A DNA stretch of 39,803 nucleotides from a virus. Its lineage: Duplodnaviria > Caudoviricetes. Positions 25,538 through 35,379 of this stretch are shown here, one piece after another. Position 1 is the stretch's first letter. Every line of letters starts with the position of its first letter. Under the pieces are notes generated by a model. The model made no database searches. It was not told where the DNA came from and saw nothing but the letters and a program-made list of their open reading frames with translations. The stretch covers positions 1-39,803 of the IMG/VR virus record IMGVR_UViG_3300031942_000022, one strand, 5' to 3'. The position numbers and the translations under genes are program-made.

Positions 25538-27139
25538 ATGGCTAGCACACAGATTCGTGGTACTACTCAGATTCAGCCCGGAAGCATTGCCGATGCACAA
25601 ATTCAAGCCGCAGCCGCTATCCAGACTTCTAAACTCGCAGACGGCGCCAAATTCATCAAAAGTGACGGCACGGTGGCAATGGCCGCCAACCTGAGCCTAG
25701 GGAACTTTCTGATTAATAATGTTGGGAACCCGTCTACATCCACCGATGCCGCGAACAAATCCTATGTTGACTTGGTCGCCCAAGGGACTGGCGACATGCT
25801 CAAGAGCGTCTACGATACCAACGCCAACAACGTGGTGGACACCTGCGACAGTCTAGCCTGGAGCAAGATCACTGGCGCACCGGCCTATATGAACTGGGTT
25901 CCTTATACCGGGCCGCCGCAGAGCTTCGCCAACCGGGACCTGACCCGCGATGGCGACTGGACTATGGTTGCCAACAAGGCGACCAGCGATCGACCAGCCC
26001 CACAACAAAGCGGCTCCGAAGAAGACCTGCTGCCGGCCTGGACGCCGGTGACGCAGAGCCTGCGTGCTAGCTATACAGTCTACAACGAGTGGACGATCAA
26101 TTCTGGAGGCTGGATTGATCAATATGGCATGGACGTTCTCTCACAGAACGCGGGAGCAGTTCATACGCTTACGCTATACGTCAACGGTGTTGTAAAAGAC
26201 ACTTTCACTTCGACGCCTAATATTGCTCAAATATATATACATAATATTACGCCACTCGTTGTAAGTTCGGGCGCAGTCATTCGCGTTAAGCTGCAAGTGG
26301 AGCAGATTTCTAACAATTTAATGTATTGGGTGCAGCAAGCCGGGCTATTTGCGACTCCACCGATTTACTGCTCGCTGGCGCAAGGATCAAAAGATGGGGC
26401 TACAGCAGGAACGACTGCATACGGCTGTCATTTGTTGTTTATTCCTGCGACTTTCTCTCCCGATTGGGACGTGATCGCCTACGGTGGGATGGCAGCCGGT
26501 GCTGGTGGTGGGGGCGACATGTTTAAGTCCACCTATGATAGCAATAACGACGGGATTAGCGACCATGCGGCACTCTCGGATACGGCGCCTTGGACGGGCA
26601 TTACTGGTAAGCCTTCCACGTTTGCTCCCAGCGCACATGCTCCCTCTCATCTGGATAACGGAGCCGATCCTATTCCTGTGGCCACCACCAGCCGCACAGG
26701 AAGTCTGTGCATACTTAACGGTACAGCAACCACATTTCTGGATGGCACAGGGAACTGGAGTACGCCGGCTCCGGCCGGCACGGTTAACCCGGGCACCTGG
26801 ACAGCTCTCAGTTATTCGACTGGTTGGACTTTAGGCACGAGCGCACAGTACCGCATTGAGACCAATGGCAGTTTCCAAAAAGTGATTTGCCAGGGGATCA
26901 TCAATTACGCGTCTGGTGCGGCAAGTTTAGCATTTACGTTGCCCAACGGCGCAAGACCGGCTGTCCAGCGTGGATGCTCACTTGCCGGACAAGATTCCAG
27001 TGGCGACGTGCAACTCTTTCAGGCGGTCGTTGCCACGAGCGGCGCGGTGAATATTTATCCCCTGGTACGGCAAAATTTCTCCTGGCCGAGCGCGACTAAT
27101 GGCAGTGTTTATCTTGAAGGGTTGGTTTTTAGCTTATGA
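25538..27139 (+). CDS. Modular tail fibre protein
   Basis: DAANKSYVD, W..ITGKPSTFAPSAH, two GDM.KS.YD motifs, C-terminal FTLPNGARP receptor-binding-like domain. Confidence 0.8.
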   Translation: MASTQIRGTTQIQPGSIADAQIQAAAAIQTSKLADGAKFIKSDGTVAMAANLSLGNFLINNVGNPSTSTDAANKSYVDLVAQGTGDMLKSVYDTNANNVVDTCDSLAWSKITGAPAYMNWVPYTGPPQSFANRDLTRDGDWTMVANKATSDRPAPQQSGSEEDLLPAWTPVTQSLRASYTVYNEWTINSGGWIDQYGMDVLSQNAGAVHTLTLYVNGVVKDTFTSTPNIAQIYIHNITPLVVSSGAVIRVKLQVEQISNNLMYWVQQAGLFATPPIYCSLAQGSKDGATAGTTAYGCHLLFIPATFSPDWDVIAYGGMAAGAGGGGDMFKSTYDSNNDGISDHAALSDTAPWTGITGKPSTFAPSAHAPSHLDNGADPIPVATTSRTGSLCILNGTATTFLDGTGNWSTPAPAGTVNPGTWTALSYSTGWTLGTSAQYRIETNGSFQKVICQGIINYASGAASLAFTLPNGARPAVQRGCSLAGQDSSGDVQLFQAVVATSGAVNIYPLVRQNFSWPSATNGSVYLEGLVFSL

Positions 27140-28251
27140 GCGACATCGTTACATCGCAGACTTTCGTTGATGGAGAAAAAGGCATCACGGCCACGAAACT
27201 CAATAACATTATTGCGAACAGCGTTATTCAGCCTTCTTTTGTTTCCGCGCAGCCTAGTACTTCGGCGCTCGATCCCACCGACCAGTTGCTCGATCTCAAA
27301 GGAAGCGGCGCTTATACGCGGATCACCGGAGCGCAGCTCTCAAGCTCTGTGGCGGGCCAGCTGGCTCTTGCCAATACCAGTCAGAACGGAATGTTGCACC
27401 AGACCAGCGGCAATCTTGGGGACTATTGCGGCGGGGATAATCTTTTCCATGTCCTGAACACTTTCACCAGCCTCACTGCGGCGACCACGTTGACCAGTGC
27501 CGACACGAATAAATTGCTGATCTGTTCGGGCGGCAGCTGGGTATTGACATTGCCGGCCGCGGCTAATGGGTTGGCGCATCGGTTGAGGAACGACATGGGC
27601 ATCAGCGGGACAGTCGGCACCATCACGGTGACGCCGCCAACTGGGACGATTGATGGCGCAGCGACCTTGAAACTCTTGCCACAACAGGAATGCACCATTT
27701 TGTGCGACGGCACCAACTGGCGAAGTTTCGGGCTCAAGCGCGAGGTGGTCTTAGGGGTGCAGGATCTATCGACGTCAACGGCGAGCGCATCCGTTTTATT
27801 GCCAACTGGTTATCGTTATTTCGACCTGGAATTTGCCGGTTTGCAAAGTATGACCGACAATGTCGCGCTATATGCTCAGTTTAGCACTGACGGTGGCGCT
27901 ACATGGTTAACGGCAGCAACTTACTCCTGGGCTCTCACTTATACTTCAGGTACTGCGGCGGTTGCAGCGGCATCTCAGGGGGTTACTCAAACGGTCGTCT
28001 ATCTCGGGAGCGGTATAACCTCCGCGGGAGGTGTGTCGCATAGTAAAGCGATTATTCACCCTGGTGGCGGAACAACTGCGCGCCCGACCGTTATCGCTCT
28101 TGGTGGAAGTTACGTAAACAGCGCAAGCTATACACGCGCGTTTAACGCTTACGGATTCTATAATGTTGCTACAACTATAAACGCGGTTTTGTATTTCATG
28201 AGTACAGGCAACATCGCCAACTCGTTTTTGACTGTGAAAGGGATCGTGTAA
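27136..28251 (+). CDS. Tail fibre-like protein
   Basis: ITATKLN start, LTLPAAA, CDGTNW, FSTDGGATW; T/S/G/A-rich. Confidence 0.75.
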   Translation: MSDIVTSQTFVDGEKGITATKLNNIIANSVIQPSFVSAQPSTSALDPTDQLLDLKGSGAYTRITGAQLSSSVAGQLALANTSQNGMLHQTSGNLGDYCGGDNLFHVLNTFTSLTAATTLTSADTNKLLICSGGSWVLTLPAAANGLAHRLRNDMGISGTVGTITVTPPTGTIDGAATLKLLPQQECTILCDGTNWRSFGLKREVVLGVQDLSTSTASASVLLPTGYRYFDLEFAGLQSMTDNVALYAQFSTDGGATWLTAATYSWALTYTSGTAAVAAASQGVTQTVVYLGSGITSAGGVSHSKAIIHPGGGTTARPTVIALGGSYVNSASYTRAFNAYGFYNVATTINAVLYFMSTGNIANSFLTVKGIV

Positions 28252-28584
28252 ATGAATGAGGGGCCGCCAATGAATGAGAGGCCGTCAAAGAACGGATCTG
28301 GCCTATCATGGCCGACCGTGGTGCTTATTTTGGCGACCGGGGCAGGCAACTTAGTTACAACCCATCAAGGCAACGTGCAAATAACCGAGGAACAACGCGA
28401 GGGTCTGCAAAAGATTCGTCAGCTGCACAATGATTTAGACGATTTCAAACGATGGCAACGCCAAGCGAGCGAGAACCAGCAAACAATCCTAGCCAATGAC
28501 TCGCGCTTACTGGAGGAAGTCCATCGTATCGCGGTGCGACTGGATCATTTGAAAATCTTAGAGCAACAAAAAGAAACTCAATGA
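28252..28584 (+). CDS. Putative holin-like protein
   Basis: One hydrophobic segment plus coiled coil; ATGA overlap with the amidase. Confidence 0.45.
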   Translation: MNEGPPMNERPSKNGSGLSWPTVVLILATGAGNLVTTHQGNVQITEEQREGLQKIRQLHNDLDDFKRWQRQASENQQTILANDSRLLEEVHRIAVRLDHLKILEQQKETQ

Positions 28585-29129
28585 AAATTTGCATTGATGC
28601 AGGACATGGTGGCTCCGATCCGGGCGCTTGCGGGAAAGAAGGCCTCAAGGAATCAGCCGTTAATTTGGCGATTTGCCAATACTTGGCGTCCAAGCTCGAG
28701 GACCTTGGCTGTGCGGTTCTCTTCACGCGGAGTTCGGAAATTTATGTTCCGCTCGGAATCAGGGCTGGCATTGCCAACGATTGGAATGCGGACATATGCC
28801 TTTCTATTCATCTAAATTCAGATGGAGATTTCGCTAACGGCATTGAAACGCTTTACAAAACCGCGAACGGAAAAGCTCTTGCAACACCGATTCAAAATCG
28901 ACTGATTGCCGCAACCGGCGACCGGGATCGCGGACTGGTTTGCAGGAATGACCTCTATATTTTAAATGCAACTAAAATGCCTTGTTGTCTCGTAGAAGCC
29001 GGTTTTATCTCTAATCCGAGTTTTGAGGCCAAATTGCGAACGGCCGAATATCAGCGATTGATCGCAACCGCGATTGCGGGAGGCCTAGCCGATTTTCTGA
29101 ACCTGGCGCCGCGGGCTCAGCCGGCATGA
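28581..29129 (+). CDS. Endolysin, N-acetylmuramoyl-L-alanine amidase (Amidase_3)
   Basis: IDAGHGGSDPGA, KE, SIHLNS, LVEAGFISN. Confidence 0.95.
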   Translation: MKICIDAGHGGSDPGACGKEGLKESAVNLAICQYLASKLEDLGCAVLFTRSSEIYVPLGIRAGIANDWNADICLSIHLNSDGDFANGIETLYKTANGKALATPIQNRLIAATGDRDRGLVCRNDLYILNATKMPCCLVEAGFISNPSFEAKLRTAEYQRLIATAIAGGLADFLNLAPRAQPA

Positions 29130-29212
29130 GTCGATTCAATCGATCCGGACATATTCATGTTGACATCCGGACTAAAGATAGATCCTCGCAAAAAATCTGC
29201 TTTTAAATCCCG

Positions 29213-29719
29213 ATGGATAAACATGCTTTTGCCGAGCTCGTTGCCACGAGCAACACCGATCTGGCGGCTGTCCTGATCTTTTTCGATTTCACTTTGCCGC
29301 GGGAAAATCCCGCAATGGTTTCCGAGATCTTTAAATGGAGCGATCTGCAAAAAGGCAAAAAAGATCGAAATCCGCCTCGGCGCGTCATCTGGAAATTTGA
29401 TTCCGATCCGGATAGAAAATCTTTTGCAATTACTCAGGCGTTCCAAGGAGAAGATTCGCACGATCGGTTTGACAATTTTTTGGCTTCGTTACCGATCGAA
29501 GAAGAAAGGCTAGGAACACTTAAAGCTCTGCACTCGGCGAGCGTAGCTCAGGCCGGCCGGGAAATCTTAAACATTCGCAAAGAGCTCCTTGATCTGATCA
29601 AACAGGCCCCAGACCAGGCTCTCTGGCAAGTTATCGTTTATGATTCTGGCAAGATTAAATCGTTGTTCCCGAAAGCCGCATCTGACGAAGTGAAAGCCAA
29701 ATTTATGGAGAAAGAATAG
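29213..29719 (+). CDS. Hypothetical protein, 168 aa
   Basis: Clean ORF abutting the tail chaperone gene. Confidence 0.7.
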   Translation: MDKHAFAELVATSNTDLAAVLIFFDFTLPRENPAMVSEIFKWSDLQKGKKDRNPPRRVIWKFDSDPDRKSFAITQAFQGEDSHDRFDNFLASLPIEEERLGTLKALHSASVAQAGREILNIRKELLDLIKQAPDQALWQVIVYDSGKIKSLFPKAASDEVKAKFMEKE

Positions 29720-30127
29720 ATGAATACCGATGAGGAACTGATTGAGACTTCCGACGGCGCTTTTATCTCGGCGAGTTCTCCGAACAGGTTGAAACAAATC
29801 GAGCTTTATCCCTTTAGCTTGATGCGCCAGGCAACTGCGCTTTCGCTTGGGCTTGATAACGCTCAAGATGGTTTTTGGAATGCAATTGTGATGGTCTGGT
29901 TATGCACGTTAGATGAGGACGGTTGCATATGGGCCAAAGAAAATAAAAAAGAAGCAATCAAAGAAGCGTTTGCCTGGGGCGATTCTGAAGGTTACAGCCT
30001 GGCCAATTTCGAGCCAATTTTGCGGATTTACACGAAGATCAATACTGAAATCCGGCGATCGACTGATGCCGTTTTGAGCACAAACGGAACCCAGGAAAAA
30101 AACTTTGGCGGGCAGCCGGCATCCTAG
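29720..30127 (+). CDS. Tail assembly chaperone (gpG-like)
   Basis: Upstream of tape measure; ends shortly after slippery heptamer A AAA AAC (30097-30103). Confidence 0.8.
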   Translation: MNTDEELIETSDGAFISASSPNRLKQIELYPFSLMRQATALSLGLDNAQDGFWNAIVMVWLCTLDEDGCIWAKENKKEAIKEAFAWGDSEGYSLANFEPILRIYTKINTEIRRSTDAVLSTNGTQEKNFGGQPAS

Positions 30128-30300
30128 AAACCGCAAGCTGCGCGGCTGCCGTGAGCAATCTCAATCTTAATTATATCCTCTGGCATATGCCGATCGCCAT
30201 CGCGTTCCAGTTGCAGCTTATTTTTTATCAGCGGCAAGGGAATAAGTTCTGGCGACCATATGAAGCTGATCAAAAGGCATTGACAACATTACTCTCTTAA
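30100..30300 (+). CDS. -1 frameshift extension of tail chaperone (gpT-like)
   Basis: -1 frame open to TAA 30298-30300: LWRAAGILETASCAAAVSNLNLNYILWHMPIAIAFQLQLIFYQRQGNKFWRPYEADQKALTTLLS. Confidence 0.8.
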   Translation, partial: KLWRAAGILETASCAAAVSNLNLNYILWHMPIAIAFQLQLIFYQRQGNKFWRPYEADQKALTTLLS

Positions 30301-30301
30301 A

Positions 30302-31972
30302 ATGGCCTCTGACACCGTCACAACAACCTTTGGAGCCGACGATTCGCCGTTCCAGGCTGCCGCGCGCCGGGTCCGAGCTGCCATGGGCGGGATCCAGCAT
30401 GAGGCTCAGAGTGCTGCTGCCGGTATAAAGGGATTGGAAAGCGCATTAGGTGCGATCATGCCGTTGGTTGCCGCCATTACAGGTGTTGCCACAATTTTTG
30501 AAACGTTCCGCAAAAGTTTTGCACAAGCTGCCGAACGTGAGCAGGCCGGTCAACAATTTGAGGCTATTGCCGGAGGGGCGGAAAAGGCTGCGCATGCAAT
30601 GGAGGAACTTGAGAAGATTTCCGCCGAAACGGCTACCGATTTCCCAGAACTTGCGCAAGGTGCCAAACGTTTGATGGAAGCCGGCCTTTCAGCCGATGAA
30701 GCTGCTGAAGCAACCGGACGCCTGCAGAAGATCGCGCTCAATACGGGAAGCAGTTTCGAGGAACTGGCCGATATCTATGCGCGGGTAACGACTAAGCAGG
30801 AAGTCAGCCTTAAAGATCTGACCAAACTCGCTGCAGCCGGTATTCCGGGTATCGCAGATATTGCTAAACAATTCAAGAATCTGGAAAAAGCGACCAAAGA
30901 TTCAGATAACGAGCTCGAACATTCCAATCAAATCTTCAAAGATCAATATGAACTCGCCGAAAAGAACATTGGAGCGATCAATTCATTCGGCCAAAAGACC
31001 GGATTATTAGCGGAAGCTTTCCGGCAATTCCAGCAAAGTGCTTACAGAAATGTCGGCCGAGTTTCTTTTGGCGGCATGGATCTCGGCGAGAAATACGCCA
31101 AACAATTTAGTCAAGGGCTAAAACAAATCAGTCAGGAAACCGGCGTCACCGAGCGGGATCTTGGCAACTTGATGGATAAAGGGAAACTCGGTTTTGAGGA
31201 TCTGATTCAAGCTGCGCAACGTTTTCGGGAAGAACAGGAAAAGCAGCGTGAAACCGGAGTGCAGACTAAACGGTATGAGGATCAAAAGACCTTGCTTGAA
31301 GCCCAGCGCAATCTTTTAGGACAGGTTGGCGAGGCCATTCAAAAGGCGACAGATCCCGGCGGCATGTTTGCTAACGTTACCAAGGTCTTCGACATTATTG
31401 CCGGTAAATGGCGGCAAATAATGCTTGATATCGATCAAAGTTTTGAAGCATTTGGCGCACCATTAATCCGCGCATTTCAACCGGTCCTGAGCTTAATCCA
31501 TGATCAGGTCATGCCCAAATTGCAAGAGGCCGCGACCACATTTGGCGCAGCGCTCGAAAATGCAGTTCAGACTGGGGATTGGTCGGGGGTTGCAGATGCG
31601 ATTGCGAATGCTTTAACTAGTCCCGAAGTGATTGGGGCAATCACTGCGTTTTCGGATGCTCTCGGTAAAGCATTGAGCAAAACAATCACTTCAGAGTTTA
31701 ACCAGATTGCCGAAAAGTTTTCCAGCCCCCAAAAAATTTTAGATAGTCTCACCAAAGCCGGTCTTAATCCGGCTACAAAAGAATTCTGGATGGGCGGTCT
31801 TGGAGGAACACCGGTAACGCCGGCAACAACTCCAGCCACGATGCCTACACCTGCGCCGGCGGCAGCAACACAACAACCTGCAGGAGGCGATAAAGTAGCA
31901 ACCGAGGCAACCCTGAAAGCTGCAGTAGATCTTTTAATGAAGTTACCTTTGCTCTTTACGGTCGGTGCCTGA
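30302..31972 (+). CDS. Tape measure protein
   Basis: FGADDSPFQAA start; Ala-rich helical sequence with tape-measure-like domain (FPELAQGAKRL..AG). Confidence 0.9.
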   Translation: MASDTVTTTFGADDSPFQAAARRVRAAMGGIQHEAQSAAAGIKGLESALGAIMPLVAAITGVATIFETFRKSFAQAAEREQAGQQFEAIAGGAEKAAHAMEELEKISAETATDFPELAQGAKRLMEAGLSADEAAEATGRLQKIALNTGSSFEELADIYARVTTKQEVSLKDLTKLAAAGIPGIADIAKQFKNLEKATKDSDNELEHSNQIFKDQYELAEKNIGAINSFGQKTGLLAEAFRQFQQSAYRNVGRVSFGGMDLGEKYAKQFSQGLKQISQETGVTERDLGNLMDKGKLGFEDLIQAAQRFREEQEKQRETGVQTKRYEDQKTLLEAQRNLLGQVGEAIQKATDPGGMFANVTKVFDIIAGKWRQIMLDIDQSFEAFGAPLIRAFQPVLSLIHDQVMPKLQEAATTFGAALENAVQTGDWSGVADAIANALTSPEVIGAITAFSDALGKALSKTITSEFNQIAEKFSSPQKILDSLTKAGLNPATKEFWMGGLGGTPVTPATTPATMPTPAPAAATQQPAGGDKVATEATLKAAVDLLMKLPLLFTVGA

Positions 31973-32693
31973 GACTATGATCTTTTCCACAGTCACAACG
32001 TTTATTGAACAAGTCGGCCGGCGCCTGCTCTGGCGGTATGCCGAGCTCGACAACATGATTTGTATTTGGACCGGGCCGGCCAGCGGAGCGCTAGCATTTA
32101 AACCGCAAATTGATTCGCCTCATCCGCAATATCCGCTGATGTTTGTTACCGATTCAGAGATTGTTACTAAGGAAGGCGCAGTTGCGGAACTGAGCGTTAC
32201 TTATGCCGGGATTTTCCAGACTAAGGGTACAAGCTTTTATGCTACTGCCCCAATAGTCAGCACTTCAGCCGTTCAAGGCAGCCGCGATTTTGTTCAATCC
32301 TGGTACAAAAAGCAAGGACCGTTGCAGTTAGTTTATGCGGATCCAAACCAATACGCAGGCGGGGTGCGTTGGGTCCAGCTTTACACTGCCGGGACGCAGA
32401 CAATGACGGTTCGCTATGTAGGCGCACGAGCTGACGTCCGTTATCAGGTTTATCCCGGTCCGAGTCGATGGATCTATGCCGGAATAGGCGAATCGAATGT
32501 TTGGTATGAGGTTTTAAGTGTAACAGAGGGACCGCATACGACCAGTTTGAATGGAGTTGAATGGGATGAGGTCGAAAAAATGATTCAAGGGATTGCTCCA
32601 ATTCCTCCATTATACACGGCAAAACTCGGATTCGCTTCTGAGCAGCATGGACGTTGGTATAGCTGCACTGAGACTTATGGACCTACTTTTTGA
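31965..32693 (+). CDS. Tail tip protein (distal tail/hub-like)
   Basis: Follows tape measure; DSPHPQYPLMFV...SVTYAG. Confidence 0.6.
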   Translation: MPETMIFSTVTTFIEQVGRRLLWRYAELDNMICIWTGPASGALAFKPQIDSPHPQYPLMFVTDSEIVTKEGAVAELSVTYAGIFQTKGTSFYATAPIVSTSAVQGSRDFVQSWYKKQGPLQLVYADPNQYAGGVRWVQLYTAGTQTMTVRYVGARADVRYQVYPGPSRWIYAGIGESNVWYEVLSVTEGPHTTSLNGVEWDEVEKMIQGIAPIPPLYTAKLGFASEQHGRWYSCTETYGPTF

Positions 32694-33040
32694 TGCAACT
32701 TAAAAGAATTCAGGCGGGCTGGAAAGGGATTGAAACAGTCATTAACGAAATGGTTGATGCCATTAATGCTAATGCACCGATTGAAGGTTCAGGGATTCGA
32801 ATTTCAGACAGTCCAACCGGAAAAATCATCGAAGTGACAACCACGCAGGGCAGCAGCGGCGGCAGCGCAACCGGAGGCGGCAGCGCAACCGGAGGTGGCA
32901 GCGGCGGTTTGGGCAAGTGGGTGACTATTTCGATTTTAAACCAAACCAACGGCCAGATCTACAAGCTGGACGTCTGGGCCAAGGGCGATCCCTACAATCC
33001 GCAGCCCTGCACGACTGCAGCAGCCTTAGCAAATGAATGA
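32690..33040 (+). CDS. Hypothetical tail protein
   Basis: INEMVDAIN...G.GIRI...PTG; Gly/Ser linker. Confidence 0.6.
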   Translation: MMQLKRIQAGWKGIETVINEMVDAINANAPIEGSGIRISDSPTGKIIEVTTTQGSSGGSATGGGSATGGGSGGLGKWVTISILNQTNGQIYKLDVWAKGDPYNPQPCTTAAALANE

Positions 33041-33800
33041 GAAAACCACACTGGCACTTGGCGATTCAGTCGGCCTGGCTATCTCAGAATGGGCCTGCTT
33101 GAACAAGTGCGTGCCGTGCCGAATGTGCGAGTATCAGGACTACAGCTCGCCCGCAGCATCTTATACTGTCACGTACCTGAGTAGTGACGTCGTAAACGGC
33201 TCAACCAATTGGGGTCTGACCTACACCGACCCAGTTACCGGCACTCATCCTGCGCCTTTAATCAGCGGGATCGTTAAAATTACCCAGCATTACAAGGTGG
33301 ACCTGAGCCTGATTGGGGGTTCAAACGTTTTTGGATTCTGCAAGCCGCATATTCTTTTTCAGATGATCCCTGGACCATCCAGCTCATGGGCCATTACAAT
33401 GGATCTACTTAATATTCCGACAGCTTATAACGCTTCTATTGGGTACCATAACCACGTTGCCGCTCAGGCAACACTCTCCTTTCTTAGTTGCTCAATTACT
33501 GGCCCATCCTGGATGAGTGGAAGCGATCCTTCTTCGACCGTAATGATCCTGCCGAGCGGCTACAGTTCAACTCCGGGGGTTTGGCCTTACGCGTGGTTTG
33601 AAGGTAACGGAATCCCACCAGTAAGCGGGTTTCCGACTGGCGGCATTTTCACCTTCGATATGACGATTACCACCGACAGCCTGATTTACAATGAGACTAA
33701 CTATGCCAGCAAAATGTTTATTAACCGGATGATAGCCAATATTTACGCTGCCCCGAGCCGCCGAAGAATCCGCGTTCCCATCATAGGAGTTTACTCATGA
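33033..33800 (+). CDS. Hypothetical tail tip protein
   Basis: Overlapping start/stop; beta-rich with N-terminal Cys cluster. Confidence 0.55.
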   Translation: MNEKTTLALGDSVGLAISEWACLNKCVPCRMCEYQDYSSPAASYTVTYLSSDVVNGSTNWGLTYTDPVTGTHPAPLISGIVKITQHYKVDLSLIGGSNVFGFCKPHILFQMIPGPSSSWAITMDLLNIPTAYNASIGYHNHVAAQATLSFLSCSITGPSWMSGSDPSSTVMILPSGYSSTPGVWPYAWFEGNGIPPVSGFPTGGIFTFDMTITTDSLIYNETNYASKMFINRMIANIYAAPSRRRIRVPIIGVYS

Positions 33801-35029
33801 AAATCGTTATCGATCTGGATCTGCACCAGGCGGTGCAAGATTTTACCATTACCCAGCCTGCCGGGATCTATGATTTCAAGAGTCAGGACACGATCGATTT
33901 CTGGATTTACTTCGTGCGCGTCGGCGTAGTGCAGGACATGGGGGCCGGGTTCGCGTTGAAGTTCGGCATGATCGCCACCGGCGACACTTCTGCCACATTA
34001 TTGGCTTACCAGACCGCTAGCAGCCATCAGACTGACTCGGACGGCAACGTTTATTACCTGATGCAGGTGAATTTCAACACCTCGCAGATGGCTAGCGCAA
34101 TCTCGGGTAAAACGTCGCTCCCATGCACGGCTGAGATTCGTTACCAGACCTCTGATTCTGAGATTATTCATTCGCTTAATATCTCGAGCCTGGTTTACCC
34201 GACCATCCTAGTCGAGACGGGGGTTACTCCGCCAGGAGTTTCTACCGGATACCCGGACGCCAGTACCATCGAACTATTGGTCCATAAAAACGCGGCCAGC
34301 GGTTATGCGGGCTTGGACTCGAGTAGTCATATCTACGTTAGTCAGTTGGGTGGGGTGGCCGAGTTGGTGGCACGCAAAGATCAACCGAGCGGTTACCCGA
34401 GTCTGGACGCCAACACGCTTATTCCGGCGGCCGAGATTCCGATCGATGGAACTACCATTATTGCCTCCGGCAGCCCGCTTAAGATCAGCGCTCCTCTGTC
34501 CGCAGGGGACATGCAAAAATCGACCTACGACACTAACAATGACGGGATCGTCGATCACGCAGCTTTGGCTGATACGGCTACTAACGCCACAAATGCCACC
34601 ACTGCCGCCACCCTTTCCCAAGCGACCAGTGCAGGAGCGCTCTCAACTGTCTGGGGAAAAGACGCCGCTGGGAACCAGAAACTTTTCGTTGCTCCTGGCA
34701 GTGTAACTCTTCCACCAGACGTCATTAGCGGAATAATCGCTGCTCCGATTAATAAAGCTTACACTTACGAAATTTATTCGCCGTCCAACTATAAGATCAC
34801 TGATATCAATGCTGGTACTACTACTGGCACCTGCACTATTGCCCTGTTACAGAATGGGGGAGCCGTGGCTGGGACTACGCTGAATGTCACGCCTTCGTCC
34901 CCGAGTTCTTTTCCGCCAGCGCTGCATGGTTTGAACATTGCCGTAAACGCAGGGGATACATGGCAACTGGTAGTCAGTGCGGCTAGTTCTCCAGTTGACT
35001 TAGCTTTTTCAATTATTATCCAAAAATGA
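33797..35029 (+). CDS. Baseplate/fibre protein
   Basis: K..ASGYAGLD and K.QPSGYPSLD fibre repeats; GDMQKSTYDTNNDG motif. Confidence 0.7.
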   Translation: MKIVIDLDLHQAVQDFTITQPAGIYDFKSQDTIDFWIYFVRVGVVQDMGAGFALKFGMIATGDTSATLLAYQTASSHQTDSDGNVYYLMQVNFNTSQMASAISGKTSLPCTAEIRYQTSDSEIIHSLNISSLVYPTILVETGVTPPGVSTGYPDASTIELLVHKNAASGYAGLDSSSHIYVSQLGGVAELVARKDQPSGYPSLDANTLIPAAEIPIDGTTIIASGSPLKISAPLSAGDMQKSTYDTNNDGIVDHAALADTATNATNATTAATLSQATSAGALSTVWGKDAAGNQKLFVAPGSVTLPPDVISGIIAAPINKAYTYEIYSPSNYKITDINAGTTTGTCTIALLQNGGAVAGTTLNVTPSSPSSFPPALHGLNIAVNAGDTWQLVVSAASSPVDLAFSIIIQK

Positions 35030-35379
35030 GTTTGGTCATCATTATCATGGCTGGCAGCAGCCCGAAAACCGGTTCGATTACTGGAGCCCAAAAAGCTCAA
35101 GTCGCTCCTGGAGTCGTCTTGCTTAATTATGTCTTAGCTGTTCATGCAGCGGGATCGATTACCGAAACGCAGAAGATACAGACAACGCCTTCAGTTGCTT
35201 CAATCTTTTACGTCACGAGCGTTAATGTTCAGACAGCCCCAACCGAACTGAAGAAATTGCAGGTTTTGCCTTCAATTAGCTCACTTTCTTACCGATTTTC
35301 AGTTAACAGCCAGACCGCTCCAAGTGAACCCAAAAAATTACAGGTCACTCCAGCTATCGCCTCTATTAATTATGCCTAA
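35026..35379 (+). CDS. Hypothetical protein with ~27-aa internal repeats
   Basis: K.Q..P....Y unit recurs four times. Confidence 0.6.
   Translation: MSLVIIIMAGSSPKTGSITGAQKAQVAPGVVLLNYVLAVHAAGSITETQKIQTTPSVASIFYVTSVNVQTAPTELKKLQVLPSISSLSYRFSVNSQTAPSEPKKLQVTPAIASINYA

Noticed and set aside
32858-32895. 18-bp tandem repeat
   Set aside because: Encodes an ordinary GGSATG linker.
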